Assembly (NCBI GenBank): GCA_964016885.1
Contig: OZ024743.1
Span: 232,686,001 to 232,750,000, forward strand
Source: Eledone cirrhosa
Taxonomy: Eukaryota
Direction: 5' to 3'
Length of the DNA stretch: 64,000 bases
Shown here in pieces: positions 54,652-64,000 of this stretch. A model generated the notes under the pieces. That model was not told where the DNA came from and did no database searches. It was given only the letters and a program-made list of their open reading frames with translations. The translations under genes and the position numbers were made by a program. Within the stretch, counting starts at the first letter, position 1. Every line of letters begins with the position of its first letter.

Positions 54652-56911
54652 AGAAAGAAGAGTGACATGGTTTGCTATACAATAAGGGCTTATTCACATT
54701 GCTGACAATTGTTTCTCTGAACTGGTATGTCTAGAGATCGCTACTCGTCTGTTTTTGCGTCAATCGATCACCAATACTGTTATAACCAGTCTATTCATCA
54801 GAGCATGCGAGAATGAAGGATATACACAGGCATGGCTTCTATATATAGTAGTAGTGGATTTAAATCAGAACAATAATAACAATACTCAAATAAATTAGCT
54901 AGATAGTAAATAGTTAAAACAATCACAACATCAATCTAAGTAAGAAATAGAGTATACTGATGACTTTAGCATGTAAAACGAACTGATACGAAACGGATGT
55001 ATGAGATTGTCATGTGAAAGCTGTCATGGGGTACATTATATATAGTGTAGAGATAACCTGGGGCTTGAAACAATGGACCATTTACTTTACTGTAGGGGTG
55101 CTGACCGTAAGATTTATTTATTATCCGACAGATAAAATATTTTCATTGTCGTGAGGATTGTAATTTTTATGTAGTGTAAAGTGGATTCATTATTTACGGG
55201 GTCGATAAAATAAAGTACCAGTAATGCACTGGGTAATTGATGGCCTTGTGCCAAAAGTAGAAACAATTATTTAAGTGGTCTGTATTAGAGGTAGGGATTG
55301 TTAGATCGAATCATGGGGGTTGTTTAACTTTCACAGCATCAATAACAAATCATGCATGAATAAGACAACAATAACAACAATGCAGGCAATAAGGTAATAC
55401 AAAGGTTAAGAAAGCAAGGTATATATAGAGAACATGATGAATAATATTACGGATACATGGGGGTGTTCATTATAACAACAGGAGGAAGGTGCTATTTCAA
55501 GGATTGTGTAGTAAATAGTGTACTTAGAATTAAGTTCATCTGTTGAAAATCATGAGTGCTAATGTGAGGAGGTGGTGTTGACAGCAGCCGAGAAGAGATA
55601 TATTTATGGGTTGATAAGATATTTGCAGACATTACTGTGGTATAGAATTAAGGAGGCTAGAAGCTGTTTAAAGAATTTTATAGTTCTGTGGTGGTCTGTG
55701 TGAGAGTGCGGATTTCATTTGTTGAATGCTAAGTTGTGTTGGTTCGAATCACGGTGGCTTACATCTTGTGAATTTAGTAGCGTCCTGTGTCTGCAGAAAA
55801 TTGACCTTTCTATTTTGTTGTTGAGTAGCCTTTTATCGTTCCTAAGGATATACAGTAATTCAAGGTCGCAGAGCCTACAATAGAACATACCAGTACTATA
55901 TGCCCTTGCGGCCGACAACCTCGACCAGTTGATATTGTAGTCGATGTTATTGTCCTTAAATTCCCAGATATTTTTGGCGAGGGTTGCAGAACCTATTAGA
56001 GCACGGTTCTTCATCGAATGACTGTGCACATACCATCTTTTTTTAAACGTACCGACGGTGGATCCAATGTAATGCCAGGTGGAGTTGCCCGAGTTCACCG
56101 TACACATGTACACTAGGCTCGAATCAAGGCACCTGTTCGCCAGTGGGCACCTATCTGGTATGTGACAGTTGCAGTTTGAGGTGTTATTCCGTGCAGTTTC
56201 AACATTGCTGTTTTGTACACTGTTATAAGTAGGTTGTGATTCATGCCCGTTGAGGTTTTGCTGCAGCGCGCTCGTATGCGTTTGCGGTTGTGATACGGTG
56301 ATGTGTTTATGTTTAGAATGTGGTGCTATGTTGCGTATAGGTGGGGCGGTTTCTCTAGAGGTATTTCTGTGGTTGATCTTGCGTATGTGGGATTCTATAT
56401 TTGCAGCCGTAGAGTATGAGAGTTTTATAGTTTTTCTATTGGGGGATTTTATGATATCTATGTGATATAGGGAAGTGCTTATCTATTAGTTTAAAAAACG
56501 TAGAAGGCAGTCTAGTTTTTACAGAGGAGTTGCAGATTGGATTAAACCATAGGTATTTTCTTTCTCTAATTCTTCTATAGTTTCTAGGGTTTACATTATT
56601 CGTGTTTGGACCACCTACTCTAGGTGCTATTTGCCTACCTCTATGTCTAGTCCCGTTACCTCTATTTTTGTGTGAGCAGTTGGTGTCAGTGTTAGTGGGT
56701 TTGTTTGGGTTGTCCATATCCGTTATAAACTGTAGCTTTTCAAGGTCGCAGAGCCTACAATAGAACATACCAGTACTATATGCCCTTGCGGCCGACAACC
56801 TCGACCAGTTGATATTGTAGTCGATGTTATTGTCCTTAAATTCCCAGATATTTTTGGCGAGGGTTGCAGAACCTATTAGAGCACGGTTCTTCATCGAATG
56901 ACTGTGCACAT
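54650..56911 (-). mobile_element. 5'-truncated Naiad-like PLE (GIY-YIG, ~1-kb 3' UTR, HHR) with internal duplication and SINE fragment at 55195-55272
   Basis: WFNPICNSSVKT..LIDKHFP..HRYHKI; CNC..CPLANRCL..LVYMCTV..YIGST..FKKRWYVH..CRLCDLE. Confidence 0.88.
54692..54814 (-). ncRNA. Hammerhead ribozyme with ~80-nt stem II
   Basis: gcaugcu CUGAUGA auag acuggu...accagu ucaga GAAA C-aauu-G UC agcaaugu. Confidence 0.75.
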
Positions 56912-57464
56912 TTTATAAGCAGACAGTATTATTGATTTAGGTGTTGTAGAAACTCAAATTTTGGAGTATTACATCTTCCCCGAGGGCCCGGGTAACTATT
57001 TCAATCATATCTTATTTTGTTTGAGCCGTTTAGCTTGTTCGCTTTTTTGGCTATGGTGGCTATGGCTTCTTAACCATCGTCTCAGCATGTATGACCATTT
57101 TAACTTATGTTTATAGCTCTGCTATCCTCTTCATATGCATGGAGCGCTTGTCTGCACATTATTGAAGTTGCGTTTCGCTAATTTCTACGCGCTGAGATGG
57201 GATTCTCGCTAAATTATATCTCTCTCTCTATATATATATATGTGTATATATATATATGTATGTACGTATGTGAGTACATATATATGTCAATATGTATTTA
57301 TGTATATATGCATGTATGTATATGTGTATGTATAGTTGTATGAACGAATATTATTTATATATTCAGCATGGTAAATAAAGTATGATTGGATGTCCTATTT
57401 TCATCTCTCTATACTTACTATCTCATTAGGAAGTTATCGATATATATGTGTGTATGTGTTTATG

Positions 57465-57501
<37 letters not shown>

Positions 57502-57555
57502 TGTATGTATGTATGTATGTATGTATGTATGTATGTATGTATATATATGTATGTG

Positions 57556-57588
<33 letters not shown>

Positions 57589-57681
57589 GTATGTATATAT
57601 GTATATATATATGTATGTATGTATATATGTATATACATACATACATACATACATACATACATACATACATACATACATACA

Positions 57682-57714
<33 letters not shown>

Positions 57715-58169
57715 GTGTGTGTGTGTATATATATATATATACATATATTTATACACATATATCTGAATGTATATGAAGGTGTGTGCATATATATATGAGT
57801 GTGTATACATGTATGTGTATTTCTTTTCTTCATATCATCATATTAATGGATACTTTTAGCAACACAATGTTCTATGATAACAATACTCAATGGGTTTCTA
57901 ACTATGTAGGTTGGGTGAAAAAATATCCTGCGGGAAGAAATATATTGTAGTGCACCGCAACGTATATATAAAGATAACTAATTCACATATGAAGATAATT
58001 CAAAAGATATACTATGTGTTTCATACCGATAACTATGACTTTGTATAGTGAATTATATATATTATGTAGACCTATATATATATATATATTAATATGTGTA
58101 GAAGTAAACACAGTAAATCCCGTGTCTAAAATTACGAGGGTAGATTACACCACAAATGTTATATATCAT

Positions 58170-59234
<1,065 letters not shown>

Positions 59235-59419
59235 ATATATATATATATAAGGAATTTATATCTAGTAACATTTATATACACACACAGATGCATATCAATG
59301 CCAGCAAATATATAGGTTTTGTCTTATTAACAATGTGGTTCAATGCATGGGGTTGCAGAACAATAATATGAGAGACGTAAAATAAGAAAATTATAAAATT
59401 AACTTACTTACTAAAAATC

Positions 59420-59502
59420 ACTTCCAACTAATTAGTTTCTGGAATGGAGTAAATATATTTTCCGAAGAAACACATATAAAATCTTTCCGTCATCAGGAAA
59501 GT
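59420..59502 (-). ncRNA. Type-I hammerhead ribozyme (downstream copy on the minus strand)
   Basis: acuuuc CUGAUGA c ggaa...cUUCGg...uucc a GAAA C-uaauua-G UU ggaagu. Confidence 0.8.
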
Positions 59503-59943
59503 CTTTTTCCGTATAGGTCTCCAGGCATAGCGAGGACACTGGAAACTTATTAAAAAATAATTCAGTGGAATGGAAATAGCGATGCGTGGACTGGATTCCA
59601 AGCCATTGAAAAAATCACTGCCTCTACGTCCGTGGCAAATTCAAAAAGAATCAATCACGTGACATCGAGGTCAATCAGTGGAAAGCGAGTGGTTATTAAG
59701 ACAGCGGCTAGCTTACTACCATAGTAGCAGTCATGGTCAAATATTGCTCGACAAATGAATTGGAGATAATTATAAGGAATTTATATCTAGTAACATTTAT
59801 ATACACACAGATGCATATCAATGCCAGCAAATATATAGGTTTTGTCTTATTAACAATGTGATTCAATGCATGGGGTTGCAGAACAATAATATGAGAGACG
59901 TAAAATAAGAAAATTATAAAATTAACTTACTTACTAAAAAATC

Positions 59944-60026
59944 ACTTCCAACTAATTAGTTTCTGGAATGGAGTAAATATATTTTCCGAAGAAATACACA
60001 GAAAATCATTCCGTCATCAGGAAAGT
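59944..60026 (-). ncRNA. Type-I hammerhead ribozyme (upstream copy on the minus strand)
   Basis: acuuuc CUGAUGA c ggaaug...uguauuu cUUCGg aaaauaua...cauucc a GAAA C-uaauua-G UU ggaagu. Confidence 0.83.
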
Positions 60027-60036
60027 CTTTTTTTAA

Positions 60037-60133
<97 letters not shown>

Positions 60134-60149
60134 ATATATATATATATGG

Positions 60150-60210
<61 letters not shown>

Positions 60211-60297
60211 TATATAACTTTTGTGGTGTAATCTACCCTCGTAATTTTAGACACTGTGTTTACTTCTACACATATTAATATTATAATGCTCAGTATT

Positions 60298-60632
<335 letters not shown>

Positions 60633-60697
60633 AACATACATATATATATATATGTATGGTGTATATATATATATATATGGTATATATATATATATGG

Positions 60698-60778
<81 letters not shown>

Positions 60779-60795
60779 TATATATATATATATAT

Positions 60796-60969
<174 letters not shown>

Positions 60970-61017
60970 TATATAAACATACATATATATATATATATGT
61001 ATGGTATATATATATAT

Positions 61018-61100
<83 letters not shown>

Positions 61101-61101
<1 letters not shown>

Positions 61102-62550
61102 CTAGAAACAAAAAAGCAAATTGCCCATTAAGAGGAAATTGCCTTATTAATAACATAGTATATAAATGTAAAATTAGCACTAAGGACTCAACTTATTCAT
61201 ATATAGGAGCTACTTCTAACCAATTTAAAGTAAGATTTAATACGCACAAACACAGTTTTAAAAATGCGTCATTAGCTAATACAACATCCTTAGCTAAAAT
61301 AATTAATAATTATAGAAAAAAGATTATCGATTATAACTTGACCTGGAGTGTGCTCAAAGGGGCCACCCCTTATCAAAATAATAGATATGAATGTAGATTA
61401 TGTTCCCAGGAACTTTTTGAAATAATGAAATCTAAGGATATCCGATTAAATAAGCGACAAGAATTAATTATATCATGCAATCATAGAATTAGAAAAACTT
61501 TCAAATATTATAAACCTAATTAATATACACTTATATTTTACAAATTATTATAATTAATTTTTTTAAATTAGTTAACCTATAATTAATATTCTACTACTAA
61601 GAACTGCCTAATTTTATTTCCCTTTTACAGCTATCTTTTCCTAAAATTTATACCAATAAGTATACATATAAACTATTTTAATTTCCTGTTATGAATCTAA
61701 ATTCCTTATAATCTATATGAGTTAGTTATTTCTCACTAATACATTTATCCCCCCCAAAAAAGATTTTTAACAACATTCTTTAAATATATCTAACTCTTAT
61801 TTATCATATCTATATGAATTAATATAAATTTATCCCTATAAATATACCTATCAATTAAATTAATTTAATTTCTTTTTATAGATCTATATTCCTTATGTTT
61901 TAAATAAGATTGATATTTTTCACTAACACATTTATATTAAAATTTTATTCTCCTTCGATTTTAGCATTAGCATTATTCTTTAATAACATCAAATTTTCGT
62001 GTACCTTTCACCGGCTTGACCTATTTTTCATCCCCAGAGTAATCTTTTCATTCAAAATACTCTTTCCATTCAAAACTGAAGTCTGCATTCCTCTACTCCT
62101 AAATTAAATTTCTACTACTACTATTTTATCAACTTGATCACTTACTACTCTTCTATTGGTCAATTCAAAACCTGTTCCCAAACAGACCTATTATATTAAA
62201 TCTTTGTTGGCTTTTTCAATAAACAAATATCATTATTTCTGAAGACAGCATATATATGTGTAGGTATGTATATTCCCTCTGATAGTTTGTAAAACTTTTA
62301 CATAGATCTATATGATATACATACCAACACACACATATATATCCTAGAAACGATCGTAAAATGATGAATTTTTTAATATAAGAAACTGTTTCTTTCTTTT
62401 ATTCATTGTTTTTATTAATTTATCTTGACTCTGTTTTCCTGTGTTTTTCATCGAAAACATTTTGAATACATCTTCTCTTTTCATGATATTTGGATTACAT
62501 TGAGTTCTTCATACGGATTGGACACTACCGTATATTTTGGTATATTTATC
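61101..62550 (+). mobile_element. 5'-truncated Naiad-like PLE: open GIY-YIG frame 61101-61523, AT-rich 3' UTR, HHR
   Basis: [67 protein letters not shown]. Confidence 0.9.
62230..62367 (+). ncRNA. Hammerhead ribozyme with ~100-nt stem II
   Basis: ucauuauuu CUGAAGA c ag.auauauaugugu.gguauguaua...uauacauacc..acacauauauau.cu a GAAA C-gauc-G UA aaaugauga; 9-bp stem I. Confidence 0.82.
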
Positions 62551-62603
62551 TATATATATATATATGTATATATATATACTATATATATACTCTATACATA
62601 TAT

Positions 62604-62646
<43 letters not shown>

Positions 62647-62658
62647 CATATATGTATA

Positions 62659-62748
<90 letters not shown>

Positions 62749-62753
<5 letters not shown>

Positions 62754-62985
62754 TAAAGAAAACAAAAAATCAGTGATGCATCTGGACTTATTTTATTGCG
62801 TGTTACAATTGTTCGTGATAAAATTTGCTCCTAACGAAAAAATAGTGTCTGAATGATCCTGCAGAAGTAGAATCAGCCGGATCCATACAAGGACCATGTC
62901 TCGAGCTACCTGCCGGATAAACAATTGTAACACGCAATAAATTAAGTCCATATGCATCACTGATTTTTCGTTTTCTTTATACTAT
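62749..62985 (+). mobile_element. Fold-back PLE end with degenerate HHR (62845-62933)
   Basis: 62749-62813 is inverted at 62920-62985; gugu CUGAAUGA ucc..gcag...cugc.gga uAAA C-aauu-G UA acac. Confidence 0.7.
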
Positions 62986-63857
62986 CTACACTCTACTCTA
63001 ATGAATATCGAGTGCTAATTTTGGCATACCGCCTATGGAAGCACCATAGCTACCATTATACACAACTATATATATATAATTTACGAACTTGTGCATCTGC
63101 TGTGGTGTCAAAAACAAACGCGCATGACCGCACAGATAAACAATGGACCACGCCACGTGCTTGAACCCGTAAGTGAATTGAAGGTTCTGCAACTCTGATA
63201 CACAGATTATTTATTATTAAGATGTATAAACTTGACATAACTATTATCATCTATATTCTCTCAACTAATCACACTTGATCATATTTCTCTATCCCGTTTT
63301 CTCCTCCCATAATTATTATATTTTTATTATTATTTGAAAAAATCGTTTTTTTTTTACATTGTGTTTTCCCCTCCAAATATTCGCTTATATTTCTTTATAT
63401 ATTCTCTATATATTTTTTTAATCTTTATTATTTCCCCTTTTATCCTCCTTTATATTTTACCTTATTCTTACTTTTATACCTTATTATAGTGTAATCTTCC
63501 CCATGCCTTATTATACACTATTAATTATAGATTATTATTATTACTCTTTTTCCATTTCTAATTACCTCATGTACTTTCTCCTCCGCTATATATATATATA
63601 TATATATATTGTATGCCCTTTGTGTTTGTGTAGCTCTGCGCACCCTCTGCACCATACTATCCACGCCACCCCATCTATGGTTCAGCTAACCACTCGACTC
63701 CCGGGAATGAATATGACCGCAGCTAGTAAACAAGGATCCACACCCCACCCTCCCGCACCAAAATTAGACTTATCGTCCCCTACTTTTGCTCTTTACTCTC
63801 TTTACTCTTTGTTCTTGAATGTTTGGTTGGTAGAGTCCATAACACCAATCAAAGCCC

Positions 63858-63917
63858 TTTTATAGCTCTGACGAATCCTACGGTTACGTAAGGAAGAAAC
63901 ATTGTAAGCCAATAAAA
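63858..63917 (+). ncRNA. Type-I hammerhead ribozyme at the end of a (TA)n-flanked segment (63610-63955)
   Basis: agcu CUGACGA a ucc uacg-guua-cgua a gga a GAAA C-auu-G UA agc. Confidence 0.8.
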
Positions 63918-63950
63918 ATCTTTTGATATTGTAGACGCTCTTGTGTTCTT

Positions 63951-64000
<50 letters not shown>

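Larger units (their letters stand above)
59246..60032 (-). mobile_element. Retrozyme-like element E: ~524-nt non-coding unit x1.5 with two tandem hammerheads
   Basis: 59246-59508 repeats at 59771-60032; (TA)n flanks; no ORF in the track. Confidence 0.85.

Overview
Repeat-saturated, AT-rich eukaryotic DNA, not prokaryotic. The SINE family and microsatellite load resemble a coleoid cephalopod such as Octopus (recalled, not searched). No intact host gene is supported, and nearly all long ORFs in the track are microsatellite artefacts. Bases 1-18300 are a ~28-bp GT-derived satellite with a ~4.4-4.7-kb higher-order duplication. The rest is microsatellite plus decayed transposons: RTE, R4/Dong-like and Tx1-like LINE ends, mariner elements, a Tc1/mariner MITE, tRNA-derived SINEs, and many Penelope-like elements (PLEs) in (TA)n tracts. 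The main hidden signal is RNA structure. I read well over a dozen type-I hammerhead ribozyme (HHR) motifs by eye, most with palindromic stem III; some have very long stem II inserts or variant cores (U3:A8, GCAA). Several lie in non-coding tandem units of ~524, ~420 and ~335 nt that look like retrozymes, i.e. self-cleaving, possibly circular RNAs mobilised by PLEs. The ~335-nt unit derives visibly from the autonomous PLE in this window. Many insertions share one architecture, an inverted arm plus a 3' tail. Folds and clade names are manual and untested.
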